In this document: positions 1-7,289 of the stretch, in pieces
How the letters are laid out: every line of letters begins with the position of its first letter
How positions within the stretch are numbered: position 1 is the first letter of the stretch
Origin: Gammaproteobacteria bacterium
Lineage (GTDB): Bacteria; Pseudomonadota; Gammaproteobacteria; GCA-001735895
Direction: 5' to 3'
DNA: 63,012 nucleotides
Assembly (NCBI GenBank): GCA_024232855.1
Contig: JAAEPH010000258.1
Span: 1-63,012 of the forward strand
Position numbers and translations under genes: made by a program
Notes under the pieces: generated by a model
The model's input: the letters and a program-made list of their open reading frames with translations, nothing else
Told to the model about the DNA's origin: nothing
Databases searched by the model: none

Positions 1-34
1 AAATTCGATTGGATGCTGCAATCGGCACCTTCCC

Positions 35-118
35 GTCATTGCGAGTCGCGCAGCGACGCGGCAATCTCCAAACGATATGCCAAACTTCATGAGATTGCTT
101 CGCTGCGCTCGCAATGAC
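35..118. repeat. Imperfect palindromic repeat (arms 35-68 and 91-118)
   Basis: Read directly. The reverse complement of 91-118 (GAGATTGCTTCGCTGCGCTCGCAATGAC) matches 35-68 (GTCATTGCGAG..CGCAGCGA..GCAATCTC) apart from short indels. The arms are ~22 nt apart. From memory, it resembles the CATTGCGAG/GCAATC-type intergenic palindromes common in proteobacteria. Confidence 0.6.
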
Positions 119-140
119 CCGGTATGGCCGGTTCGGGCAC

Positions 141-1813
141 AGGCTGTGTGAAAACTCCGATATTGATGCTTGTTCTTCTGTGGGGCATCTTCCGGCTTCA
201 AGCGATCAACTCTAAGCGGTTTTCATTTTCTTTGGGTTTTATTGGGCAAAAAATCTGCATTGGTTAAATAGCCATAGATTCGTGCATATTCAGCGTATTT
301 TATGAAGATAAGGCTATGAGCCCTATGCCGTTATCGCGGCGATCAATTTATCCTGCCCATGGATCGACATCATTCGCCTCAGGTTATAGGCCAGGACATG
401 CAGGTTCATTTCTGTACCGACATTTTTCAATTGCCTCGTCAGAAAATGAGTCGCGCCCATCCAGCTCTTTATCGTTCCAAAAGGATGCTCAACCGTTTGC
501 TTTCTGATGAGCATACTATCTGGCATGGATGCCATTAAGTCTTCCAGGTGATCAATTTCATCCTGATGCTCCCAACGCGTTATTCTGCGGGATTGTTTAC
601 TGTTCGAACATTGTGACTTCAACTCACATGCCCGGCAGGTTGGTGCATCTACCCAGTATCGTTTCACCGTTAACCCCTTCTCGTCGCTGGTAAATCGATA
701 GAGCAGCTCTTGACTGGCCGGGCAGATATAGACATCTTTTTCTGCATCGTATTTAAACAGGGATCGATTAAATATCCCTTTCTTCTCACTGCCCGAGGTA
801 TCGCCCTTGGGTACTAGCGCAGTCATTCCAGCATCCTGGGTATCTTTGATGTCCGGACCACTGTAGTAACCTTTATCGGCAATCACTGTGATCGTCTTTT
901 GAGCGAGTGCAGCTTGTGCTTGTTTCCCCGTTTCGCATAGCTGTCCTCGATCGGGTTTATTGGTAACCTCATGGGCGACAATCAAATGGTGTTCGCTATC
1001 AACCGCAGTTTGTACGTTGTAACAGACTGACCTGGTCATCCCTTGTGTTTTCATCAGCCGAGAATCCGGATCTACCGTGGAAAGCTGCTTTTCCGGGTGT
1101 TCATTAACGCGCACTTGCAGAATCTTCAACTCTGAAAGCCGCTTCTCGAGCCAGGCAAGTTTCTCTTTAATGGGTGTTCCATCAATATGTTTACCATCCT
1201 CCTTGTCTGAGTCATCCAGTTGCTTCAGATATTTATCAATATGCTTTTCAACCCGGGCGATATGAAACTGCAGTTTCTTCGGGGTGTAGTTATTGTCCTT
1301 GCTATTGACCGCCTTAAACTTACTGCCATCAATCGCGACAATCACTTCTGTAAACATGTTCATTTGACGGCAAAGACCAATGAATGCCCGGCAGGTATTC
1401 TTGATGCCCTTACCATTGTCCTTCCGGAAATCAGCAATCGTTTTAAAGTCAGGCGCCAGGCGGCCCAGTAGCCACATCAGTTCAACATTACGGCCTGCTT
1501 CCCGTTCCAGTCGACGCGATGACTGGATACGATTTAAGTATCCGTAAACGAATAACTTGAGCATAGTGGACGGGTGATAAGCCGGGCGACCGGAATCAGC
1601 GGGCACTGTCTTGAAACCCAAATTTGAAAGATCAAGGCTATCGATAAAGTAATCGATGACTCGAATTTCGTTTTCTTCGGTTAGGTAATCATCCAGACGA
1701 TCGGGGAATAATGTGGCCTGTGCTCGGCTTGCGCCTTCAATGAAACCGTTCATTGGATAGCCCATCAGCTGGAAAGTATGATTATACCTTCATAAGGAGT
1801 TTTCACACAGCCT
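141..1813 (-). mobile_element. Insertion sequence, IS1182-like (IS5 superfamily), apparently intact
   Basis: 18-bp perfect terminal inverted repeats: AGGCTGTGTGAAAACTCC at 141-158, and its reverse complement at 1796-1813. They are flanked by the direct repeat GGGCAC at 135-140 and 1814-1819, consistent with a target-site duplication. The element encloses a single 480-aa transposase ORF. Confidence 0.9.
323..1765 (-). CDS. DDE transposase, IS1182 family-like
   Basis: 480-aa ORF. The N-terminus (LFPDRLDDYLTEENEIRVIDYFIDSLDL..LGF...GRPAYHPSTMLKLFVYGYLNRIQSSRRLEREAGRNVELMWL..LAPDFKTIADFRKDN) is the typical InsH-N/DUF772 region of IS1182/IS5-type transposases. The ORF lies between the inverted repeats. 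Confidence 0.9.
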   Translation of the reverse strand: MGYPMNGFIEGASRAQATLFPDRLDDYLTEENEIRVIDYFIDSLDLSNLGFKTVPADSGRPAYHPSTMLKLFVYGYLNRIQSSRRLEREAGRNVELMWLLGRLAPDFKTIADFRKDNGKGIKNTCRAFIGLCRQMNMFTEVIVAIDGSKFKAVNSKDNNYTPKKLQFHIARVEKHIDKYLKQLDDSDKEDGKHIDGTPIKEKLAWLEKRLSELKILQVRVNEHPEKQLSTVDPDSRLMKTQGMTRSVCYNVQTAVDSEHHLIVAHEVTNKPDRGQLCETGKQAQAALAQKTITVIADKGYYSGPDIKDTQDAGMTALVPKGDTSGSEKKGIFNRSLFKYDAEKDVYICPASQELLYRFTSDEKGLTVKRYWVDAPTCRACELKSQCSNSKQSRRITRWEHQDEIDHLEDLMASMPDSMLIRKQTVEHPFGTIKSWMGATHFLTRQLKNVGTEMNLHVLAYNLRRMMSIHGQDKLIAAITA

Positions 1814-2027
1814 GGGCACTTAACAGCCGCCCCTTATAGTGTCTTGAAGGTCCGGTTTGAGCAGTCGGCTCACATCTAGATGCCGCACTATTACGGTCAG
1901 TCGCGGCCTGCAGTGAGCAATTTTGTTCCCTGGAAAACAACAACCGCCACCCGAGGGGCAGCGGTCATGTTTTGCTTCAATGGTAGCTGTGGTCAGAAAA
2001 TGGGAAGTCTGAAACCTGTCACTATAC

Positions 2028-2051
2028 CCCCGCCTGTGCGGGGCTTTTTTT
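2028..2051 (+). terminator. Rho-independent terminator (orphan, no annotated upstream gene)
   Basis: CCCCGC (2028-2033), loop CTGT, GCGGGG (2038-2043), then C plus a T7 run (2045-2051). It follows ~210 nt with no convincing ORF, between the IS and lexA. Confidence 0.65.
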
Positions 2052-2153
2052 GCAGGGACCATGCCGGCGTTTTCGTATCGCTTCCGTACCCGGTTGCAAG
2101 TTCTCGTTTTTTTCTCTAAACTCGCTGAGAATAAAATGAGAAGAGCTACCGAG

Positions 2154-2753
2154 ATGTTGACTTCACAGGAACAGAAAACGCTGCAGTTTATTCGTAATTA
2201 CCTGGCACAGCATGGCTGTGCTCCCAAGTTCAGGGAAATCGGGCTTGCTATCGGGGTGAATTCGCAGGGTACGATCCATCGTTACGTTCAGTCGCTGGAA
2301 GACAAGGGGTACATCGACCGGGTCAAGGGGAATTCGCGCGGCATGAGCCTGGTCGATCTGCCGTTGGTCAGTCCGCCGACGATCCCGCTTGCCGGCAGGA
2401 TCGCGGCCGGTTTACCGCTTGAAGCAATCGAAGATCAACAGGAATTGAACCTGGCCGAAATGTTTATGGGGCCGGAATTGTTCGCCCTGCGCGTTACCGG
2501 TGATTCGATGATCGACGCCGGTATTCTCGACGAGGACTATGTCATCATCAAGAAGCAGCCCGTGGCCCGTGATGGCGATATCGTGGTCGCGATGATTGAT
2601 AAATCGGAGGCAACCTTGAAGCGCTTTAAACGCAAAAGCGAGGATCAGATTGCGTTGATTCCGGAAAACCGGGACATGGAACCCATGATTTATCCCGCCG
2701 AACGCGTCAGCATTCACGGGGTGCTGGTAGGGCAGTTGAGAAATTATCGCTGA
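2154..2753 (+). CDS. lexA: LexA repressor (S24 peptidase)
   Basis: MLTSQEQKTLQFIRNYLAQHGCAPKFREIG.. winged-helix N-terminus. The C-terminus has RVTGDSMIDAGI (Ser nucleophile) and ATLKRF (Lys). I chose the ATG at 2154 over the ORF-track start at 2061 to give the usual ~200-aa length. Confidence 0.93.
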   Translation: MLTSQEQKTLQFIRNYLAQHGCAPKFREIGLAIGVNSQGTIHRYVQSLEDKGYIDRVKGNSRGMSLVDLPLVSPPTIPLAGRIAAGLPLEAIEDQQELNLAEMFMGPELFALRVTGDSMIDAGILDEDYVIIKKQPVARDGDIVVAMIDKSEATLKRFKRKSEDQIALIPENRDMEPMIYPAERVSIHGVLVGQLRNYR

Positions 2754-2775
2754 CCATCAGCCACTGATGATCGAA

Positions 2776-2817
2776 GGAATTGTTGATCAGGAATTGTTGA
2801 TCAGGATTGGGCGATCA
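2776..2817. repeat. 3 x 14-bp tandem repeat, each unit carrying a GATC site
   Basis: GGAATTGTTGATCA / GGAATTGTTGATCA / GGATTGGGCGATCA, read directly between the convergent lexA and suhB genes. GATC sites sit at 2769, 2785, 2799 and 2813. Confidence 0.8.
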
Positions 2818-2820
2818 GGG

Positions 2821-3603
2821 TTAGCGGCTTGACTCGAGAGTGCGTAGCAGGTCGCCGATCAGTTTCGGATTTGCCGCAACCACCTCGCCATTTTCGAGAA
2901 ACTCCGCATCGCCGCTGAAGTCGGTTACGAGGCCGCCGGCCTCGCGTACGATGAGTGCGCCGGCGCCGATATCCCAGGCGTTGAGCCCGGATTCCCAGTA
3001 GCCGTCGAGTCGGCCTGCCGCCACGTAGGCGAGGTCGAGCGCGGCCGACCCGGCACGTCTGATATCGCTGGCCTTGCTGAAAAAAGCCCTGAACAGTTTC
3101 AGAAAATCATCCAGCTGATCGGGGTTTTTGAACGGGAAGCCGGTAGCGAGCAATGCGCCCTGCGCGGTTTTAAGGTTGCCCACGCGAATGCGCCGATTAT
3201 TCAGGGTTGCGCCATCGCCACGGCTGGCGGCAAATAACTCCTGCTTGAACGGGTCGTAAATGACGCCATGGGTCAGGCGTCCCTGGTGTTCGCAGGCGAT
3301 CGACACGGCATAGTGGGGGAATCCGTGCAGGTAGTTGGTGGTGCCATCGAGCGGATCGATGATCCAGCGGTACGCTTCCTCGCCTTCGATAACACCCGAT
3401 TCTTCGGCGAGAATGCCGTGCCCCGGAAAGGATTTGAGCAGGTCTTCGATAATCAGGGCCTCTGCCTGCCGGTCGACTTCGCTGACGTAGTCGTTGCGCG
3501 CTTTTACTTCAACCTTCAAGTCGGGTAGTTTATTGATTTTGCGAACGATGAAATCGCCCGCGTGATGGGCCGCTCGAATCGCGATGTTAAGCATTGGTTG
3601 CAT
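2821..3603 (-). CDS. suhB: Inositol monophosphatase family protein SuhB
   Basis: 260 aa. Motifs AEESG, WIIDPLDGTTNY and the GAAALDLAYVAAGRLDGYWE region. It is divergent from trmJ and the isc genes, as in E. coli. Confidence 0.93.
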   Translation of the reverse strand: MQPMLNIAIRAAHHAGDFIVRKINKLPDLKVEVKARNDYVSEVDRQAEALIIEDLLKSFPGHGILAEESGVIEGEEAYRWIIDPLDGTTNYLHGFPHYAVSIACEHQGRLTHGVIYDPFKQELFAASRGDGATLNNRRIRVGNLKTAQGALLATGFPFKNPDQLDDFLKLFRAFFSKASDIRRAGSAALDLAYVAAGRLDGYWESGLNAWDIGAGALIVREAGGLVTDFSGDAEFLENGEVVAANPKLIGDLLRTLESSR

Positions 3604-3715
3604 GGTGTTCGGCGTGCTGGAAAAGGCGCGCAGTCTAGCAAACGACCTGGAAATAGACCAGAAGGGATTAAATCATAAATACAGCGCATGGCGAAATCGA
3701 CAGGGGCGCCGACAG

Positions 3716-4444
3716 ATGAAATTGCAGAATATCAGGATTGTCATGGTAGGCACCACGCATCCGGGCAACATCGGCGCAGCGGCGCGGGCGATGCACAACA
3801 TGTCCATCGGCCAGTTGACCCTGGTCGATCCACAATGCCCGATCGGTGAAATTGCCTATGCCCGGGCTTCCGGCGCCAACGTCATTCTCGATAACCGCGA
3901 AACCTGCGCCGATCTGCGCCAGGCGATCGCGGATTGCAACCTGGTTATCGCCACCAGCGCCCGCCGGCGCTCGCTAGCCTGGCCCGAACTCGACCCCGGC
4001 GAGCTGGTCGAGAAACTCTTCGCCATGGACGATTCGAGCCACGCCGCGCTGGTGTTCGGGCGCGAACATTCGGGCTTGAACAACGAGGAATTACAGCTTT
4101 GCAACCAGATGGTGTGCATACCAACCAACCCGGACTTCAGTTCGCTCAACCTGGCGTCGGCGATCCAGGTGCTCTGTTACGAGATTTATCGCTGCCAGTC
4201 CACGCTCACTGAAGCCGCGCCGCGTGAAACGGATGAGCAGGACCTGCCGGCCTCGAGCGGCGAAATCGAAGGATACTTCGAGCATTTGCAGAAGTCCCTC
4301 GAGCTGACCGGTTTTCTCAATCCGCGCCAGCCGGGCCTGATCATGCAACGCCTGCGGCGCCTCTACCTGCGTAGTGAAATGACCCGCAACGAGATCAACA
4401 TTTTACGCGGCATGCTTACGGCGATTGAAAAACGGCGCGGATGA
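3716..4444 (+). CDS. trmJ: tRNA (cytidine/uridine-2'-O)-methyltransferase TrmJ (SpoU/TrmH family)
   Basis: MKLQNIRIVMVGTTHPGNIGAAARAM.. and FGREHSGL..IPT.....SLNLASA SPOUT motifs. It occupies the conserved position between suhB and iscR. I prefer the ATG at 3716 over the ORF-track start at 3584. Confidence 0.88.
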   Translation: MKLQNIRIVMVGTTHPGNIGAAARAMHNMSIGQLTLVDPQCPIGEIAYARASGANVILDNRETCADLRQAIADCNLVIATSARRRSLAWPELDPGELVEKLFAMDDSSHAALVFGREHSGLNNEELQLCNQMVCIPTNPDFSSLNLASAIQVLCYEIYRCQSTLTEAAPRETDEQDLPASSGEIEGYFEHLQKSLELTGFLNPRQPGLIMQRLRRLYLRSEMTRNEINILRGMLTAIEKRRG

Positions 4445-4446
4445 AT

Positions 4447-4471
4447 GTTACAAACCGTTACAATTCGTTAC
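4447..4471 (+). promoter_or_regulatory. Triple direct repeat GTTAC-N5-GTTAC-N5-GTTAC (candidate OmpR/CpxR-type response-regulator site)
   Basis: GTTAC occurs at 4447, 4457 and 4467, giving an exact 10-bp phase. This is ~75-100 nt upstream of the CpxP-like gene start (4545) and upstream of the adjacent OmpR-family regulator. It is analogous to the CpxR box GTAAA-N5-GTAAA. Confidence 0.45.
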
Positions 4472-4544
4472 GTTGGTGAAAAGCTTCGTCGTGTCCGGCG
4501 CCGTAGTATCCGTATCCGTAATCAATCAACTACGGAGACAATCC

Positions 4545-5006
4545 ATGAAACTTTCTACCCGCATCATCACCGCCGTTTTACTCGTCGCCGGCAGCTCCGG
4601 TGTGGTCTACGCCTACAGCAAGCACGGCGACTGGGGCATGACGCCCGCCGAAAAGGCCGAGTTCGTCAGCGACCGGGTCACCAGGAAACTGGATCTCGAC
4701 AGCGAGCAGCAACAGAAGTTTAACGAGTTGGCCAGCCTGGTCGTGGACATCATGCATGAAGTCAAGGCTTCGCGGGAGGATCACGTCAGCGAGATTTCAC
4801 GGCTGCTGGAAGAGCCGAGCTTCAACCAGGCGCAGGTGCTCGAACTGATACAGCTGAAGACGCAACTGATCAATGAGAAAGCGCCGATAGTGATCGGCTC
4901 GCTGGCTGTCTTTCTCGATTCACTGAACGCCGATCAGAAACAGGAGTTACAGGAGTTCATGCAACGGCATCATCGTCACGGGCATGGTCACGGACACGAC
5001 CACTGA
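4545..5006 (+). CDS. Periplasmic CpxP/Spy/ZraP-family protein with His-rich tail
   Basis: GGAGA Shine-Dalgarno sequence 7 nt upstream of the ATG at 4545. There is a signal-anchor-like N-terminus (MKLSTRIITAVLLVAGSSGVVYA) and two LTxxQ-like motifs (LDSEQ, LNADQ). The C-terminus is HHRHGHGHGHDH. Confidence 0.75.
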   Translation: MKLSTRIITAVLLVAGSSGVVYAYSKHGDWGMTPAEKAEFVSDRVTRKLDLDSEQQQKFNELASLVVDIMHEVKASREDHVSEISRLLEEPSFNQAQVLELIQLKTQLINEKAPIVIGSLAVFLDSLNADQKQELQEFMQRHHRHGHGHGHDH

Positions 5007-5086
5007 ATCCGCTATTAGCGACGGCGCGGCTTCTCAACCGGGAGCCGCGCTGTACAATAGTCCCGACACGGATAACGGGATAGACA

Positions 5087-5752
5087 ATGCGAAAATTACT
5101 GCTGGTGGACGATGACGAAAAGCTGGCCGAGCCGCTGCAGCTGTACTTTTCCAGGTTCGACCTGTCGCTCGACAACGAGACCAACCCGCTTGACGCGATC
5201 GAGCGCATAAAGCGCGAAGCCTGTGACCTGGTTATACTGGATGTCATGCTGCCGCAAATCGATGGATTCGAAACCTGTAAACGCATCCGTCAATTCAGCG
5301 ACATCCCGATCATCATGCTGACCGCTCGCGGCGAAGTGATGGATCGGGTCGTCGGCCTCGAGCTGGGCGCCGACGACTATCTACCCAAACCTTTCGAACC
5401 GCGTGAACTGGTCGCTCGCATCGAGAATGTCCTGCGCCGGAAAAACCCCACTAATGCGAACACGGTGTACCACTGGGGTGATTTGCACCTCGATCTGGAG
5501 AGGAAGCAATTGCTGCGTAATGATCAGGCCGTTCCGGTTACCGCAACCGAACTCGCCTTGCTGAGCCTGCTGGTGAAAAACCGCGACCGAGTTTTGTCGC
5601 GTGACGATATCATGCACGAACTGCGTGGAATCGATGCCGATATCTACAGTCGCGCCATCGATGTGCTGGTGAGTCGCCTCAGGCAAAAACTGCAGCGCCC
5701 CGGGCTGATCCGCACCGTGCGCGGGCTTGGATACCAGTTGGTGGAGCAATAG
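5087..5752 (+). CDS. OmpR-family response regulator, CpxR-like
   Basis: Receiver domain (LLVDDD, DLVILDVMLP) plus a winged-helix domain. The segment IMLTARGEVMDRVVGLELGADDYLPKPFEPRELVARI closely matches the remembered E. coli CpxR sequence. Confidence 0.9.
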   Translation: MRKLLLVDDDEKLAEPLQLYFSRFDLSLDNETNPLDAIERIKREACDLVILDVMLPQIDGFETCKRIRQFSDIPIIMLTARGEVMDRVVGLELGADDYLPKPFEPRELVARIENVLRRKNPTNANTVYHWGDLHLDLERKQLLRNDQAVPVTATELALLSLLVKNRDRVLSRDDIMHELRGIDADIYSRAIDVLVSRLRQKLQRPGLIRTVRGLGYQLVEQ

Positions 5753-7068
5753 TGCTGGGTTACCTGCGAAGCAAGTGGCAAAGCCTGGTATTCAGGCTGT
5801 TGTTTTATTTCCTGATTTCGATGCTGGCGCTTGCGATCGTGCTCGCGGTCAGTTTCGTACAGCGTTTGCGTCCGCATGTGCAAAATCAGGTTCTGCCCAA
5901 TGTCGAGCGCTACGTCGAATACCTGCTCAACGATATCGGAGAACCGCCGGACCTGGTGGTGGCGCAGCGCCTCGCCGACGAACTGCCTTTCGAAATCAGG
6001 ATCGAAGGTCAGGGTATGAACTGGTCCTCGAATCCTGCCTTGAGGCCGATATCCAGCTACCATTTCGAAGCGGCGCCTCATCCCTATGAACATGTATTTT
6101 TCAGCCATCATCGGCGAAAGGAGTTAATGCTGATTCAGCGACAGGATATTCGCTATCTATTCCAGGTCGATGACAGTATTCGCCGCGGTTCCGAGCGTCG
6201 CCACTGGTTGCTGTTCGTATTTCTCGGTGCGCTATTGCTGGTTCTCTACCTGCTGATCCGGCGCCTGCTGCGTCCGCTTACAGCGATTTCCGAACAGGTC
6301 AGGCGCATTGGCGAGGGCGATCTGGAGCAGACCGTCGACATCGACGCCAGCGGTGAGCTGGGTAGGCTGGCGGCGGGGGTCAAGCATATGTCGCAGCAGA
6401 TAAAATACATGCTCGAAGGCAAGTCCGGCCTGTTACTGGCAATCAGTCACGAGTTGCGCTCCCCGCTCACGCGCATGCGTGTCAATCTCGAGTTGCTCGA
6501 AGAAAGTGAAGTTCGCCGGAAGTTGATCGACGACTGTTGCGAAATGGAGAACCTGCTGGCGGCCATACTGGAATCGGAAAAGCTGGCTAGCGGTCATGCC
6601 CCGCTGTCGCTCAGATCATGCCAGATGTCGAAGTTGATCGAGGAAGTCGTTGCCGTTCACCCCTGCCGAGAGCGCATCCGCAGCAGGCTGTCGGAGGTTG
6701 AGGCCGGTGTCGACGAACTGCGATTCAAGCTGCTGTTGAAGAACCTGCTCGACAATGCCTGTCACTACTCGGGAGAGGATCGAGGGGAAATTGAAATTAC
6801 CCTGCGCGTCGCAGATCACGCGTTTTTGCTGGAAGTGTCCGACCAGGGGGTAGGTATTGCCGCCGACGAACTTCCCCGGTTGACAGAGGCTTTCTATCGG
6901 CCCGACAGCGCCAGACAACGCGGCACGGGCGGATACGGGCTGGGTTTATACCTGTGCCGGTTGATAATCGAAGCACATGGCGGTGAGTTACGCATCGACA
7001 GCGAGCCCGGTAAGGGCACCCGTGTAATTGTCGAACTACCCCTTGATAATCCTGAAATCCTCAGTTGA
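5752..7068 (+). CDS. Sensor histidine kinase (2 TM, HAMP, HisKA, HATPase_c), CpxA-like architecture
   Basis: The GTG start overlaps the regulator's stop codon by 1 nt. H-box SHELRSPLTRM. N, G1 and G2 boxes are present (LLDNACHYS, DQGVGI, GGYGLGLYLC). There are two hydrophobic segments flanking a ~120-aa periplasmic loop. Confidence 0.9.
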   Translation: MLGYLRSKWQSLVFRLLFYFLISMLALAIVLAVSFVQRLRPHVQNQVLPNVERYVEYLLNDIGEPPDLVVAQRLADELPFEIRIEGQGMNWSSNPALRPISSYHFEAAPHPYEHVFFSHHRRKELMLIQRQDIRYLFQVDDSIRRGSERRHWLLFVFLGALLLVLYLLIRRLLRPLTAISEQVRRIGEGDLEQTVDIDASGELGRLAAGVKHMSQQIKYMLEGKSGLLLAISHELRSPLTRMRVNLELLEESEVRRKLIDDCCEMENLLAAILESEKLASGHAPLSLRSCQMSKLIEEVVAVHPCRERIRSRLSEVEAGVDELRFKLLLKNLLDNACHYSGEDRGEIEITLRVADHAFLLEVSDQGVGIAADELPRLTEAFYRPDSARQRGTGGYGLGLYLCRLIIEAHGGELRIDSEPGKGTRVIVELPLDNPEILS

Positions 7069-7230
7069 ATCTACTGCGGTCGTCTACTGCACTGAATCTC
7101 ATGCATTTTTTCGTTATTTTAAGCTCACCCGTAGAGTAACTACGCGATCGCCTAAAATAATGAAAAAATGCATGAGATTCAGCACATTAGACGCCCTCGC
7201 TACGATTCAACTGAGGATTTCAGGATAATA
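7045..7230. repeat. ~185-bp two-tier imperfect palindrome
   Basis: Outer arms are 23/23 perfect: ATCCTGAAATCCTCAGTTGAATC at 7049-7071 versus its reverse complement at 7204-7226. Inner arms are 21/21 perfect and extend further with one mismatch: CTGAATCTCATGCATTTTTTC from 7092, reverse complement ending ~7183. A small central palindrome is GTAGAGTAACTAC. The left arm overlaps the kinase stop codon. Confidence 0.9.
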
Positions 7231-7252
7231 GTTGACCATTTTAGTCAGGATT
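7228..7252 (+). promoter_or_regulatory. IscR type-1-like operator
   Basis: ATAGTTGACCATTTTAGTCAGGATT matches 22/25 positions of the type-1 IscR consensus as I remember it (ATASYYGACTRWWWYAGTCRRSTAT). It lies 38 nt upstream of the iscR start. Confidence 0.55.
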
Positions 7253-7289
7253 GTATACTGGCGCAGTTTTACGCAACCTTACTTGCACA

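Noticed and set aside
316-507. A 63-aa plus-strand ORF, and other small ORFs (1077-1265, 1220-1471) inside the IS.
   Set aside because: They are antisense to the intact transposase gene and show no known IS accessory-protein features.
1840-1910. Local resemblance to the 3' part of bacterial RNase P RNA (GAAGGTCCGG, CTAGATG, TACGGTCAGT).
   Set aside because: Only short scattered matches are present. The segment is far too short for RNase P RNA (~350-400 nt), and the conserved P4 and GGAAAGTCCGGGC core is not present. The resemblance is probably coincidental.
1950-2153. I searched for a gammaproteobacterial SOS box (CTGT-N8-ACAG) upstream of lexA.
   Set aside because: Several CTGT tetramers occur, at about 1987, 2016 and 2034, but none has ACAG at the correct spacing. 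I call no LexA operator. The site may be divergent or may have been displaced by the IS insertion.
7028-7228. A 66-aa ORF spanning the HK-iscR intergenic region.
   Set aside because: Its sequence is generated by the large palindrome: the first and last thirds are mirror-encoded. There is no Shine-Dalgarno sequence. I treat it as an artefact.
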